A DNA stretch of 64,000 nucleotides from Desulfobacterales bacterium (GCA_963674755.2 CAXXVS010000002.1:1376001-1440000); one strand, 5' to 3'. Shown: positions 38,320 to 49,760, counted from the stretch's first letter. Translations and numbers: made by a program. Notes: a model not told the origin generated them from the sequence alone.

Positions 38320-39774
38320 TCAGGAGGCCTCAAGGGCCTTCTGGCGGCCTTCATGCTCGTCACGGGCCAGTTTGTAGGCAATGTAGTATTTATAAACATT
38401 GCTCACGTACTGCACTGTCTCCCGCCCGATCCTCCGGGCGGCCACGATCTCGACGTTCTGGAACCAGACATTGGGATCGAGCCCGCGCTGGGCGGCCTCC
38501 CGCCGCAGCGTGGCTACCTTGGCAGGCCCCGCATTGTAGGCTGCAAAGGTGAACAGATAGCGGTCGAGCGTGTCGATGGCCGGATCGTTGAAATAGCGGT
38601 CCTGCAAAAAACGCAGGTACTTGTGGCCGGCGTGGATGTTGTTCTCCAGTTTTTCGATATCCGTAATGCCGATGTTCTTGTCCGCGGCCGTGGCCGGCAG
38701 CATCTGCATGATGCCCACCGCGCCCACACTGCTGCGCTTGGTATTGTCCAGCTGCGACTCCTGGTAGGCCAGGGCGCCGGTCATGAGATAGTCGAAATTG
38801 TATCGATCCGCGTACCGCTTGAACAGGTGCACCACGGCATGGAACTTTTTGATCTCCTCAGGGCTCAGGGCGTTGCGGGCCCACTTGTTTTCTTTGAGGT
38901 AGCGTTTAAAAACGATATTGCCCATCAGGGTACCCTTTTTGTGACCCTTGACAAACGCATTGAGCACCTTGGCCAGTTGGGGACTGTCTTTGCGGAAGGC
39001 CCAGGCGACCTTGCCGCCCTGGTTGAGCACGATATCCGGATGCAAGGTGATATCCGGGAAGATTTCGCCCCAGAAGCGGGCCTTGTGATCGTCCACGGCC
39101 ACCATGGGAATCAGGCCGGCATTGACCATCTCGATCAGGTCCTCATCTTCCAGCAATTCACTGGCCGGCACGATCCTGACCGGCGGCCGGCCCTGCTTCT
39201 TGAAAGCGGCGTTGAGTCGCACGGCATGTTCGTAATAGCTGCTGGAGGGCCGCAGGTGGATTTCCCGGCCGGAGAGATCGGCAAGGGCGGTGATGGGGGC
39301 CGCGCTCGGGCCTGAAATGAGGATCTCCTTCACGCCGGTCAGAAGCGGATTGCTGAAATCCACCAGGCTTCGGCGTTCATCCGTGACGGTCAGGTTGGCG
39401 GCCGCAATGTCGCCGCGTCCCTGGATCAACGCCGGCAGGAGTTGATCCCGCGGCACCGGCACGAAGATGACGTGAATCGCCCGGGCACCGGTTTTCTCCC
39501 TTTTGTTGATGAACTTCTTGAATTCCCGGAACAGATCGACATTGACGCCCCGGGGGTGGCCCCGGTCCAGGAAATAATACATTTTGTTCGGCACCACCAG
39601 CACCCTCACCTGCCGGCGCTTGACCATGCCCTCATAACCCCCGCGCCAGTCCTTGATCAGGTCGCTGTCCGTGACCTGGTCCTGGTCCTGAACCTGGGCC
39701 TGAGCCCTCGTCGGGAAAACCAGGATGACCGCCAGGGCGGCCCATACGATCCACAGGAAAAGGTCGCCGTGCAT
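38320..39774 (-). CDS. MltF-like lytic transglycosylase (substrate-binding domain + SLT)
   Basis: Signal peptide, GDIAAANLT, YQESQL, GIMQM, AAYNAGP, ETVQYV; start codon uncertain. Confidence 0.85.
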   Translation of the reverse strand: MHGDLFLWIVWAALAVILVFPTRAQAQVQDQDQVTDSDLIKDWRGGYEGMVKRRQVRVLVVPNKMYYFLDRGHPRGVNVDLFREFKKFINKREKTGARAIHVIFVPVPRDQLLPALIQGRGDIAAANLTVTDERRSLVDFSNPLLTGVKEILISGPSAAPITALADLSGREIHLRPSSSYYEHAVRLNAAFKKQGRPPVRIVPASELLEDEDLIEMVNAGLIPMVAVDDHKARFWGEIFPDITLHPDIVLNQGGKVAWAFRKDSPQLAKVLNAFVKGHKKGTLMGNIVFKRYLKENKWARNALSPEEIKKFHAVVHLFKRYADRYNFDYLMTGALAYQESQLDNTKRSSVGAVGIMQMLPATAADKNIGITDIEKLENNIHAGHKYLRFLQDRYFNDPAIDTLDRYLFTFAAYNAGPAKVATLRREAAQRGLDPNVWFQNVEIVAARRIGRETVQYVSNVYKYYIAYKLARDEHEGRQKALEAS

Positions 39775-40127
39775 CCCCTTCCCCAACCTGCTCCTGGCGG
39801 TTTCCCCACCGTTCCATCTCTTCTGGCAACAGACCCGATGCTCCATAGCGATCTCTCCTCTAAATACCGCATCTCTCAACGCCGGTCGCCCCGAAATGCA
39901 TATGTCGGCCGTGGCCGCGGTATGCATGGTGCATGAACCAACGGCTGTCCGACGCCAACGATTTTCATCGTCCGAGGTGAACGGCAACTTCCTTCAATTC
40001 CCCGCGGCGGGCCTGGCGCGCTTCGATGCGCGGATAGGCCTCATCCGTATAGGATGCGATCGTCTTGGATCGCATAGGGCTCAGACTCCCTGACCGATAG
40101 AACCTGCCGTCGATAATCCACAGCCTG

Positions 40128-40817
40128 TTAGGGGGCCTGGTCCTCAGCCAGGCGGGCCCCCACCTCTTCCAGCCACCAGCGCTGGGCGCGGGGATCGTAG
40201 TAAAGCGACGTATCTTCGTCAAAATCCGTGTGCTCCGCAAAGCTGGCCTCCATGGCCGCGCGGGTCAGCGCTTCCATCTTGGCGCGCAGTTCATCCCGCA
40301 CGGCCTGGTAGGTTGCGTCGACGGCCAGGAAATTGTTCAATCCTTCCCGGGCGTCGCGGGTCAGCTGCCGGGCGGCCAGTTCGGCCAAAGCGAAATGAAT
40401 CTGTTCGTGCTGAAGCACATAGGCCCTTCGATTCCCGGGAACCTCCGGATTCCACCAGGAGCAGGCCGGCACGAAAACGGCCTCGAACCTGACTTCCGGA
40501 AAACTGCCGACGAAAAACATCTTCCCGCCGTATACGCCCTGGGTGATGCGCACCTGAGACGTCTCGGAAGGTCGGATGCTGATGCAGGAATGGGCATTGA
40601 TATGATCATTGTAAGCTTCGTATGGAGACGACAGAGACGGGGCCTTGAAATCTTCGACGGTCAAAGGGCGATAGCGAAACCCTTCACCGCTGGAGGCCTG
40701 GGTGCCGTCCAGCGCGTGGAAGTGCGGCCGGGCATACTCCGGCAGCCGGGCGCATCCGGCGATCAGCACGGCCAGGAGCAGGACCTCGATTTGTCTTTTC
40801 CATCGCGAAGGGCTCAT
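40128..40817 (-). CDS. Lipoprotein with HExxH zincin motif (DUF922-like)
   Basis: Lipobox IAGC; VLQHEQIHF. Confidence 0.65.
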   Translation of the reverse strand: MSPSRWKRQIEVLLLAVLIAGCARLPEYARPHFHALDGTQASSGEGFRYRPLTVEDFKAPSLSSPYEAYNDHINAHSCISIRPSETSQVRITQGVYGGKMFFVGSFPEVRFEAVFVPACSWWNPEVPGNRRAYVLQHEQIHFALAELAARQLTRDAREGLNNFLAVDATYQAVRDELRAKMEALTRAAMEASFAEHTDFDEDTSLYYDPRAQRWWLEEVGARLAEDQAP

Positions 40818-41054
40818 ATTGTAATACTTTTGTAAAATTCCGCCGGCAAGTTATCTTCTCTCCCCAAGTGTAATTCTTTTGTCAAACCGGATATCTTCTC
40901 TATCCAGGGCACCCCGGATGACTTAGACTACCTTTCAAAGATCGATGCTATATCGGGAATTATGTTTTCATCGGTTCATGGATGCCACCTCACCAGGAAG
41001 AAGAGGCGGCAGCTCATGTTCTTTTTCCTCTGAAACGCACTTGAGGAGTTTACG

Positions 41055-42800
41055 ATGTATTCTGATTTGGTTCCGCACCCCAAAGGCACTCGCGCCCGGG
41101 TATTGCTGGCCAGCGTCTTCGGCCCTTACGCCCGGGATGATGTTTACGGCAGCCGCGCCGTCAACCCCATGGAACTTTACCAGAACCAGGTCACACGAGT
41201 CCAGGGGGGATATTCCCTGCGCATGTTCCACCGGTCCTTCGCCCTGCTCATGCTCCAGGCCAATATGGAAGCCCCCTGCACGGTGCTCGATTTCGCCTCC
41301 CGCGATCGATTCATCCGGGAGCTGCAGGACACCCCCTACGATGTCATCGGTATCGGCGCCATCCTGCCCAACATCGGGAAAGTCAAGGAGATGTGCCGCC
41401 TGATCCGCAAACATCAGCCCCGGGCCACCATCGTGGTGGGCGGCCACATCGCCAACTACGCCGACCTCCCGCAGGCCATCGACGCGGACCATATCGTGCG
41501 GGGCGACGGCATCGCCTGGTTTCGGCAATACCTGGGGCAACCCCTGGATGCCCCGGTCAACCATCCGGCGGTCCCATCGGCCTTCGGGGCGCGCATCCTG
41601 GGCACCACCCTGCGCGACAAGCCGGGCGATACGGCCGCCATCCTGATTCCCTCGGTGGGCTGCCCGGTGGGCTGCAACTTCTGCTCCACCTCAGCCCTTT
41701 TCGGCGGCAAGGGCCACTTCATCAATTTCTACAAGACCGGCGACGAACTGTTCACGGTCATGTGCGATCTGGAACACCGTCTCAAGGTCCAGTCTTTCTT
41801 CATCCTGGACGAAAATTTCCTCCTGCACCGTCGCCGGGCCCTGCGGCTTCTGGAGCTGATGCAAATCCATGGCAAAAGCTGGATGCTGAACGTCTTCAGC
41901 TCGGCCCGGGTGCTGCGCTCCTACACCATGGAGCAGCTCGTGGGGCTGGGCATCGGCTGGGTCTGGATGGGCATCGAAGGGCAAAACAGCCGCTACCGCA
42001 AACTGGAAGACGTGGACACCCGGGATCTGGTAAAGGACCTGCAATCCCACGGCATCCGTGTTCTGGGGTCATCGATCATCGGCCTGGAAGACCATACCCC
42101 GGAAAATATCGACGATGTCATTGCGCACGCCGTCAGCCACGGCACGGACTTCCACCAGTTTATGCTCTATACGCCAATTCCGGGCACCCCCTTGCATCGC
42201 ACCCACCAGCAAAAGGGTACCCTGCTGAGCGAGGCGGATTTCCCGCTGGCCGACACCCACGGCCAGTACCGCTTCAACTACCGGCATGCCCACATCAAGG
42301 CCGGCCAGGAGGAAGGCTTTCTCCTGCGGGCCTTCAAACGGGATTTCCACGAAAACGGCCCCAGCCTGGGCCGCCTGATCCGCACCATGCTGACCGGCTG
42401 GCAGCGCTACAAAACCCACCCGGACGCCCGCCTGCGGCATCGCTATGCCCGGGAAGTCGCCCCCTTGCGCGCTACCTATGCCGGCGCAGTCTGGGCCATG
42501 AAGCAGTATTACCGCGATTCCCGGCCGATGTTCCGCCGGATGAAAGACCTTCTATCGGACATTTACCGGGAATTCGGATGGCAGACCCGAATGGCCGCCC
42601 CGCTTATCGGCGCGTTCATCTATGTGCGGCTGCTGCGGGAAGAACGGCGCCTGGATCGGGGCTGGCACTATGAGCCAACGACGTTTTACGATAAAAATCC
42701 GGCCGCCATGACATACGACGGAGCTCAAAAAAACCTGCAACCCAACCGCAAGCCCGGTGTGGTCCCGCCGCCCCTGGCCGTGCCGGTCCTGAAACCGTAA
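41055..42800 (+). CDS. B12-binding radical SAM protein
   Basis: N-terminal cobalamin-binding domain (VVGGH, GDG); CPVGCNFC. Confidence 0.88.
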   Translation: MYSDLVPHPKGTRARVLLASVFGPYARDDVYGSRAVNPMELYQNQVTRVQGGYSLRMFHRSFALLMLQANMEAPCTVLDFASRDRFIRELQDTPYDVIGIGAILPNIGKVKEMCRLIRKHQPRATIVVGGHIANYADLPQAIDADHIVRGDGIAWFRQYLGQPLDAPVNHPAVPSAFGARILGTTLRDKPGDTAAILIPSVGCPVGCNFCSTSALFGGKGHFINFYKTGDELFTVMCDLEHRLKVQSFFILDENFLLHRRRALRLLELMQIHGKSWMLNVFSSARVLRSYTMEQLVGLGIGWVWMGIEGQNSRYRKLEDVDTRDLVKDLQSHGIRVLGSSIIGLEDHTPENIDDVIAHAVSHGTDFHQFMLYTPIPGTPLHRTHQQKGTLLSEADFPLADTHGQYRFNYRHAHIKAGQEEGFLLRAFKRDFHENGPSLGRLIRTMLTGWQRYKTHPDARLRHRYAREVAPLRATYAGAVWAMKQYYRDSRPMFRRMKDLLSDIYREFGWQTRMAAPLIGAFIYVRLLREERRLDRGWHYEPTTFYDKNPAAMTYDGAQKNLQPNRKPGVVPPPLAVPVLKP

Positions 42801-42830
42801 GGCTCCCCAGCGTAGCAGGAAACCTCGGAC

Positions 42831-42853
42831 AGCCCCCCTCCCAGAGGGGGGCT
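42831..42853. terminator. Hairpin between convergent genes (likely terminator)
   Basis: Perfect 10-bp stem AGCCCCCCTC-CCA-GAGGGGGGCT. Confidence 0.55.
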
Positions 42854-42913
42854 TTACCGGATCGGTAGGGCCTCTCCGGGTCCTCCATCAGAGGTGTGAG
42901 ATTTAGATCAAAG

Positions 42914-45181
42914 CTAAGCCTTAGCGGCGCTATCGTTGGCCTGGGCCTGGGCCACCGTGATGGCAATCAGATCCACCACGCTTTCCACCGGCGCGTTGCG
43001 CTGCAGCACGTTGAAAGGGCGCGCGATACCCATCAGCAGAGGCCCCACCACCTTGGCGCCGCCCAGGCGGTCCATCAGCTTGTAGGCGATGTTGCCCGAG
43101 GCCAGGTCCGGAAAGATGAGCACATTGGCGGCCCGTCCCAGGCGGTTGAAGGCGAACTCATCGTTCAGGATAGCGTCCACCACGGCCGTATCGGCCTGCA
43201 TTTCGCCGTCCACCACCAATTGCGGATTGCGCTCCCGCGCCAGGACCGCGGCGCGGGCCACCCGCAGGGTGTCGCTGTTGCGGACGCTGCCGTAGTTGGA
43301 ATAGGACAGCATGGCCACCCGGGGCTTCATATCGAAGAAGACCGCCATCTCGGCCGCCAGCACCGCAATCTCCGCCAGATCCGCCGCATCGGGCTGCATG
43401 TTGACCGTGGCGTCGGCAAACAGCAGGGTGCGATTTTTCAGAATGACCAGATAGAGCCCGGCCACATGGGTGACCCCTTCGCGTCGCGGGATCACCTGGA
43501 GCACCGGACGAATCGCATTGGGGTAGGACTGAGCCACCCCGTGCACCTGCCCGTCCACCAATCCCTCCCGCACCATCATGGCCCCGAAGACATAGGGATT
43601 CTGCAATTGGGAGCGGGTTTCGGTGAGTTTCCACCCCTTGCGCTGCCGCATCTTGAAGAGCGTCTCGGTAAAGGCCGCCACATGGGGGTTGCAGCGGTGA
43701 TCCATGATGTCCACCCCGTCCAGGGCGATATGCAGGGATTCGGCCTTTGCACGGATCGTTTCGGGGTCTCCCAGCAGCAGCGGATGGGCGATGCCTTCCT
43801 TGACCGCATGGTGGGCGGCCCGGATAATGACGGGATCATCGCCTTCGGGCAGCACGATGCGCTTGGGATTCTGCTGGGCGCGGACGATGACCTTGCGCAT
43901 GATTTCCCGCTCCGGCCCCAGGCTGGCCTCCAGGCGCTGCATATAGGCCGCCCTATCCGGCAGGGCCGTCCTTGCCACACCGCTGGTAACAGCGGCTTCG
44001 GCCACAGCCGGCACCACCTTTAGCAGCACACGGGTATCCAGGGGCTTGGGGATGATGTACTCCGGTCCGAAGCGAATGGGGTTGCCCCCGTAAGCGCGGA
44101 TGACGGCATCGGGCACATCCTCGCGGGCCAGCTCGGCCAGGGCACGGACGGCCGCGATTTTCATAGCCTCGTTGATTTCCGTGGCCCGCACGTCCAACGC
44201 CCCACGAAAGATAAAGGGGAAGCCCAGCACATTGTTCACCTGGTTGGGAAAATCCGACCGGCCGGTGGCCACGACGGCATCCGGCCGGGCGGCCTTGGCT
44301 TCGTGGTAGTCGATTTCCGGATCCGGGTTGGCCAGGGCAAACACGATGGGATTGGACCCCATTCGTTTCAGCAAATCCGGTGTAAAGGCTCCTTTCACCG
44401 ACAGCCCCACCAGCATGTCCGCCCCGTCCACGGCCTCTTCAAGGGTGCGGGCCGCTGTTTCGCAGGCCAGTTCTTCCTTGTAGGGATTCATGCCGGCGGT
44501 GCGCCCCCGGTAGATCACGCCCCGGGAATCCACCATGGCAATATTGCCGGGAGCAACGCCCAAATGGACGTATAACCGCCCGCAGGCGATGCCGGCCGCC
44601 CCGGCCCCGTTGATCACCACCCGCAGGTCTTCCACCTTGCGCTCCGTAATCGCCACCGCGTTGAGCATGGCCGCGGCCGAGATGATGGCCGTACCGTGCT
44701 GGTCGTCGTGAAACACCGGGATGGCCATCCGTTTCTTCAGCTGTTCTTCGATATAGAAGCAGTCCGGCGCTTTGATGTCCTCCAGGTTGATCCCTCCGAA
44801 GGTGGGCTCCAGCAGTTCGACGGTCCGGATGAATTCGTCCGGGTCGGTGGTATTCACCTCGATGTCGAAGACGTCGATATTGGCGAAGCGTTTGAACAGG
44901 ACCGCCTTGCCCTCCATGACCGGCTTGCCCGCCAGGGGACCGATGTTTCCCAGCCCCAGCACGGCTGTTCCGTTGGAGATGACCGCAATCAGGTTGCCCC
45001 GGCTGGTGTATTCGAAAGACGCGTCCGGTGCGGCCTGGATCTCCCGGCAGGGCGCCGCTACGCCGGGGGTATAGGCCAGGCTGAGGTCGGTCTGGCTGAG
45101 AAACGGCTTGGTGGGCACGACCTCGATTTTGCCGGGGTGGGGTTCGCGGTGGTAGCGCAGGGCCTCTTCGTCGTAAGACAT
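42914..45181 (-). CDS. maeB: NADP-dependent malic enzyme with PTA domain
   Basis: [36 protein letters not shown]-terminal DGEMQAD, GNIAYK. Confidence 0.95.
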   Translation of the reverse strand: MSYDEEALRYHREPHPGKIEVVPTKPFLSQTDLSLAYTPGVAAPCREIQAAPDASFEYTSRGNLIAVISNGTAVLGLGNIGPLAGKPVMEGKAVLFKRFANIDVFDIEVNTTDPDEFIRTVELLEPTFGGINLEDIKAPDCFYIEEQLKKRMAIPVFHDDQHGTAIISAAAMLNAVAITERKVEDLRVVINGAGAAGIACGRLYVHLGVAPGNIAMVDSRGVIYRGRTAGMNPYKEELACETAARTLEEAVDGADMLVGLSVKGAFTPDLLKRMGSNPIVFALANPDPEIDYHEAKAARPDAVVATGRSDFPNQVNNVLGFPFIFRGALDVRATEINEAMKIAAVRALAELAREDVPDAVIRAYGGNPIRFGPEYIIPKPLDTRVLLKVVPAVAEAAVTSGVARTALPDRAAYMQRLEASLGPEREIMRKVIVRAQQNPKRIVLPEGDDPVIIRAAHHAVKEGIAHPLLLGDPETIRAKAESLHIALDGVDIMDHRCNPHVAAFTETLFKMRQRKGWKLTETRSQLQNPYVFGAMMVREGLVDGQVHGVAQSYPNAIRPVLQVIPRREGVTHVAGLYLVILKNRTLLFADATVNMQPDAADLAEIAVLAAEMAVFFDMKPRVAMLSYSNYGSVRNSDTLRVARAAVLARERNPQLVVDGEMQADTAVVDAILNDEFAFNRLGRAANVLIFPDLASGNIAYKLMDRLGGAKVVGPLLMGIARPFNVLQRNAPVESVVDLIAITVAQAQANDSAAKA

Positions 45182-45384
45182 AACGGTCTCCTCTAAACGG
45201 GATCGGTTGGGGGGTGGATCATTCCTGACCGGCTGGCCGGCTTTTGATCAGGAAAACGGTCACAGCGGCCGACAAGGCGCACCATGCGGTATAGAACATC
45301 AAACGGAGGGGACGTTTTGTCAATGCCCGTAGGGGGCCGGCCAGCCATTGCGGCAAACATAAGGCGGGCCGGGGTGCGCCCGCG

Positions 45385-45825
45385 TCAGGCCAGATAGCCC
45401 TTGGCGCGGTAGCGTTCGGGGTCCGGGAAACGCGCCATTCCGGTTTTGAGCACTTCAAACCCGAACTGCCGATAGAAGTCCTGCTTGCCCGGTGCGGCAT
45501 AGATCAAAACCGGGCCGCTCCGGGGCAGCTTATCCAACAGGGCCTCCATGAGCGCCTTGCCGACGCCCCTGCCCTGGCACTCCGGATGCACCACCACATC
45601 GTAGATGGCGGACTGATAATACCCGTCGGAAATGGCCCTTCCGAATCCGATCAGATGCCCGCCCTCAGAAGCCGTGCATACGGCGTAACTGTTCGTTGCA
45701 GCGCTGCGAAGTTTATCCGGATTGCGGGTGCCCAGCGGCGCAAGCCGGATGATCTCGCACACGGCTTCCCAGTCGACATGGTCGATCCCGAATTGGATGC
45801 GAACATTGGATGCGGGCGCTTTCAT
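45385..45825 (-). CDS. GNAT acetyltransferase
   Basis: VVVHPECQGRGVG, FYRQFGF. Confidence 0.88.
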   Translation of the reverse strand: MKAPASNVRIQFGIDHVDWEAVCEIIRLAPLGTRNPDKLRSAATNSYAVCTASEGGHLIGFGRAISDGYYQSAIYDVVVHPECQGRGVGKALMEALLDKLPRSGPVLIYAAPGKQDFYRQFGFEVLKTGMARFPDPERYRAKGYLA

Positions 45826-45879
45826 CGAATGCTATAGCCCCTGTCAGCCGATTGGCAAAAAAAGCCGTCCTGAAACAGC

Positions 45880-46395
45880 CTATGCCCCGATATCCCACCG
45901 GTAGCGGAGCTTTACGCGGGCATGGACCGGGTAATAGGCCGCGTAATGCGAATCATCCCTCACGTGCGTCGTGTCGAGATACTGCGCCCCGATATAGACC
46001 AGGTTTCTTTCGGATGCGACATTATCCGCATTGCAGGTCAGCCAAATCGTTTCAAGACCCAAGGACCCTATGAACGGCTTCAGAAGAAGACAACTGCGGC
46101 CCGAGAGGTGGCCGCCCCGGAATCCTTCATATACGGTAAAGCCGATATTGCCGCGATACAATTCGATGTTCTCCGTGTACCCGGCCCGCAGGTTGATCTC
46201 GCCCATTTCCACGCCCGATCGCGTATGGACCATCTTGAACTTGTACACCGGGACGGTGGTATCCGGTTCGGATGCCAGGCCCGTTTCCTTCAGGATAAGC
46301 CGAAGCTCTTCTTCGATCAGGTTTTCAGCCTGGGTTCGTCGGAGAATCGATTCCATAATTCGTTTGAGTGCTCTCCAAAAATCTCTCCGACTCAT
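45880..46395 (-). CDS. GNAT-family acetyltransferase
   Basis: GEINLR, GNIGF..RGGH, LTCNADNVAS. Confidence 0.75.
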   Translation of the reverse strand: MSRRDFWRALKRIMESILRRTQAENLIEEELRLILKETGLASEPDTTVPVYKFKMVHTRSGVEMGEINLRAGYTENIELYRGNIGFTVYEGFRGGHLSGRSCLLLKPFIGSLGLETIWLTCNADNVASERNLVYIGAQYLDTTHVRDDSHYAAYYPVHARVKLRYRWDIGA

Positions 46396-46521
46396 GACCG
46401 GTTGTAGATGACAGGCATCTGTCCTTCCAGGCCTTCCACGTTTTGTCGTCGGTGACCAGGTCGGCCATGAAGTGGGCTACATTGGCAGATTTTTCCCGGA
46501 GAAAGACCAAGTGGTGGGGTT

Positions 46522-47907
46522 TCAATTTGCGGTAATGTTCTTCTTGGAACTGATCCCGTAACGTTTCATTCGGTTCCAGATCGTAACCCGGGTCACACCC
46601 AGCCGTTTCGCGGAGGCCGATTGGTTTCCTCCGGTCGCTTCCAAGGCTTCGATGAGCTCTATTTTTTTTATTTCTTCCCGGTTGATGGAAACACGTTTAG
46701 CGGATCTTGAAGTCTTTTTTCCGTCGGTTATATTCGTTGGCAAGTGCTCGGGTTGAATCGTTCCCCCCTGGCAAGTGACGCAGGCGTACTCGAACGCGCT
46801 TTTCAACTCACGCACGTTGCCGGGCCAGGAGTAATTCATCAGGGCCTCCATGGATTCCCGGGAGATGGCGGTGAGATCCTTGCTGACCTTCAGTTGAATC
46901 TTGCGAAAAAAAGCCTCCGCTAACAGCGGGATGTCTTCGGTCCTTTCGCGCAACGGCGGGAGATTGATCGGGATAACGTTAATACGGAAATATAGATCTT
47001 CCCGGAAAATGCCAGCATTAATCAGTTTCATAAGGTCCCGGTTGGTTGCCGAAATGATCCTAACGTCCACCGGAATTGACGCGTTGGCCCCCACCCTCTC
47101 AATAATTTTCTCTTCAAGAACCCGCAACAGCTTCACCTGAGTGGCCAATGGCAGGTCCCCGATCTCATCCAGGAAAATATTCCCCCCGTGTGCTGTTTCA
47201 AATCGTCCGGACCGGTCTTTGACGGCGCCCGTATAGGCGCCCTTGACATGACCGAACAGCTCACTTTCCAGCAACGATTCAGTCAGGGCGGCACAATTGA
47301 CTTTGACATAAGGCCCCCGATATCGTTCACTCAACCGGTGGATTGCCCTGGCCACCAGTTCTTTACCGGTCCCACTTTCACCATAAATAATTACCGGTGC
47401 ATCCGAGCGGGAGGCGTTGGTGATCAGATCGAAGACTTTCTGCATGTGCGCCGACACGCCGATGATGCCCTGAAACTTGTCAGCGGATCGCAGTTCACGC
47501 TGGTATTCGGCGATGCGGTTATCCTTTTCAATCAGGTCCGTAATGTCCGTGACCGTTTCCACCGCCCCAATGACGTTGCCATGATCATCATGAAAAACAG
47601 AAGCGTTTTTAAGGGCGTGGATGGCGCGACCGTCTTTATGGCTGAAAATGCAACGGCGCCGCCGCATATTGCCGTCCTGAAAAAGCGCACACCAGTGGCA
47701 GCCCCGTCTTTCCCGAACTTCCTGGCAGATGTCGCAGTTTAAAACCGAGCAGTCCCTGCCGATCATTTCATCTTTCGAAAACCCGGTAATGCCTTCAAAC
47801 GCCTCGTTAACATAGATAATGATGCCCTGCTCATCCACGACCATGATCCCGTCGCTGATGGTGTTGGCTACCGTGCGCCAATATCGGTCCAGTTCATGTT
47901 CAAACAT
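46522..47907 (-). CDS. PAS sigma-54 enhancer-binding protein, divergent from locus 2
   Basis: GESGTGKE, ESELFG..GAYTGA, WPGNVREL, C-terminal HTH; no REC domain. Confidence 0.92.
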   Translation of the reverse strand: MFEHELDRYWRTVANTISDGIMVVDEQGIIIYVNEAFEGITGFSKDEMIGRDCSVLNCDICQEVRERRGCHWCALFQDGNMRRRRCIFSHKDGRAIHALKNASVFHDDHGNVIGAVETVTDITDLIEKDNRIAEYQRELRSADKFQGIIGVSAHMQKVFDLITNASRSDAPVIIYGESGTGKELVARAIHRLSERYRGPYVKVNCAALTESLLESELFGHVKGAYTGAVKDRSGRFETAHGGNIFLDEIGDLPLATQVKLLRVLEEKIIERVGANASIPVDVRIISATNRDLMKLINAGIFREDLYFRINVIPINLPPLRERTEDIPLLAEAFFRKIQLKVSKDLTAISRESMEALMNYSWPGNVRELKSAFEYACVTCQGGTIQPEHLPTNITDGKKTSRSAKRVSINREEIKKIELIEALEATGGNQSASAKRLGVTRVTIWNRMKRYGISSKKNITAN

Positions 47908-47918
47908 TTAGGCACGCC

Positions 47919-47933
47919 TGTTAAATTTTAACA
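47919..47933. promoter_or_regulatory. Palindromic putative UAS
   Basis: TGTTAA-ATT-TTAACA ~145 bp upstream of the sigma-54 promoter, with extra TGTTAA/TTAACA half-sites. Confidence 0.55.
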
Positions 47934-48064
47934 CGTGTTAATCGCTAATTTTTTAGCACTTTAACATGACGGGAGCAATATTTTTTGGAAATTTTTTATT
48001 CAAGTCAGTTCAATAGGTTGAATTCTCATAAAAATCATGTGCGCTCAGATAGATAGACGCTATT

Positions 48065-48080
48065 TGGCACCATAGTTGCT
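48065..48080 (+). promoter_or_regulatory. Sigma-54 promoter of Hdr-Met locus 2
   Basis: TGGCACCATAGTTGCT, a perfect TGGCAC-N5-TTGCW. Confidence 0.85.
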
Positions 48081-48120
48081 GTTAAGAAGCTCCTGCGAGT
48101 ATCAAAAGGACTTCCTGATT

Positions 48121-48393
48121 TTGGAAAAATTAGCGGATTATACAGTGGATTTTAGAGGGGCCATTAAGTCCCTTACCTTGCTGAAATTGACGCATGTATT
48201 CAGAGGGATGAAAAGTGACGAGGTCGTACGAATCGTGGGGCTGGATCCGGACACACGCAAGGATCTTTTCAAAGTTCTGCCAGCGCTATCCTATGAATTT
48301 ATCATGGAAGAAGAACCTGACGGTGAATTTTGCAGTATCCATCTCAAAAAGAGAGATCGCAAATTGCATAAGTATCTTCACGAAAAGGAGTAG
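48121..48393 (+). CDS. TusA/SirA-fold small protein lacking the CPxP cysteine
   Basis: DYTVDFRG..LLK..MKSDEVVRI..DP..DL..IHLKK pattern; TTG start after AAAGGA, downstream of the promoter. Confidence 0.55.
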   Translation: MEKLADYTVDFRGAIKSLTLLKLTHVFRGMKSDEVVRIVGLDPDTRKDLFKVLPALSYEFIMEEEPDGEFCSIHLKKRDRKLHKYLHEKE

Positions 48394-48396
48394 CCC

Positions 48397-49716
48397 ATGC
48401 CCGAAGCGGTAATTGAACTTAATGAAAAAAAGAAGAGTCTGTTTATCGACAAGGTTAAAGAAATTCTTCCGGAAGGCGGGAATCTCAGCCTGTGCCTGAC
48501 CTGCGGTGCCTGTTCGTCAGGTTGCCCTGCGACGGGTCTGGAGGGTATGGACCCGCGCAAATTTCTGCGCATGGCCGCCCTGGGACTGGATGAGGAAATT
48601 TTAAGCAGCCCCTGGATATGGATGTGCACCATGTGCCAGCGGTGCATCTATGTCTGTCCCATGAAAATCGATATTCCGCAACTGGTCTATAACGCCCGTT
48701 CCCAGGTCCCGCGCGAAGAGCGGCCCAAAGGAATCTTGGGCTCCTGCGACATGGCCTTGCGCAATGACAGCGGCAGTGCCATGGGGACCTCTCCCGATGA
48801 TTTTACATTCGTGGTTGAGGATGTCCTTGAGGAGTACCAGGAGGCCCAGCCCGAATTTGCCGAAATGCAGGCACCCATCGACAAAGAGGGTGCCGAATTT
48901 TTTCTCAACCAGAATTCGCGAGAGCCGGTGACCGAGCCGGATGAAATGGTGCCCTTGTGGAAAATCCTGCACCTGGCCGGGGCCGACTGGACCTATGGCA
49001 GCAAGGGTTGGGGCGGTGAAAACTACTGCATGTTCCTGGCCGACGATGAGGCCTGGGAGCACCTGGTGCGGCAGACCGCCGGCCAGGCGGACGCCCTGGG
49101 GTGCAAGACGTTTATCAATACCGAGTGAGGGCACGTCACCTTCTCAGTCCTGGCAGGACTGAAAAAATTCAACGTCGAGCACAAGTTCCAAGTCAAGAAC
49201 ATCTACGAATACTATGCCAAGTGGATCCGGGAGGGCAAACTCAAGCCTAGTTCCGACTGGAACAAGGATCTGAAGATCAAGTTTACCGTCCAGGATCCCT
49301 GCCAGATCGTGCGCAAGGCCTATGGCGATCCCATTGCGGAAGACCTGCGCTTCGTGGTCAAATCCATCGTGGGTGAAGAGAACTTCATCGACATGGTACC
49401 CAATAGGTCGAATAACTATTGTTGCGGCGGCGGGGGCGGTTTTCTCCAGTCCGGTTTCAAGGACCAGCGGCTGGCCTTCGGGAAGATAAAAGACGACCAG
49501 ATCAAGGCCACCGGAGCGGACTACTGCATCGCGGCCTGCCACAACTGCCACGCCCAGATCCACGAACTCAGCGAACACTATGGCAGCCATTACCCGGTGG
49601 TTCACTTGTGGTCCATGCTGGCACTGTCGCTTGGCATCCTGGGGCCCAACGAACGCGAATACTTAGGGGACGATCTCAAGGAAGTCGCCGTGTTTCACCC
49701 CGAGACGGCAATGTAA
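48397..49716 (+). CDS. Second selenocysteine-containing DsrK/HmcF/HdrD-like oxidoreductase, 439 aa
   Basis: ORFs 48397-49128 and 49309-49716 are in frame; TGA 49126-49128 in NTE-U-GH; close paralog of 15800-17098. Confidence 0.88.
49144..49162 (+). promoter_or_regulatory. Putative SECIS hairpin
   Basis: TCAGTCCT-GGC-AGGACTGA at the same offset from the TGA as in the paralog. Confidence 0.75.
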
Positions 49717-49760
49717 CCCGGAAAAATTGCCAAAAAACGGCCAAAAGGAAGGGTGAATTT

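Noticed and set aside
40820..41054. Cobalamin riboswitch upstream of the B12 radical SAM gene; c-di-GMP riboswitch near the PilZ gene
   Set aside because: No B12-box or GEMM consensus recognisable by eye, only isolated hairpins; an Infernal/Rfam scan would settle it
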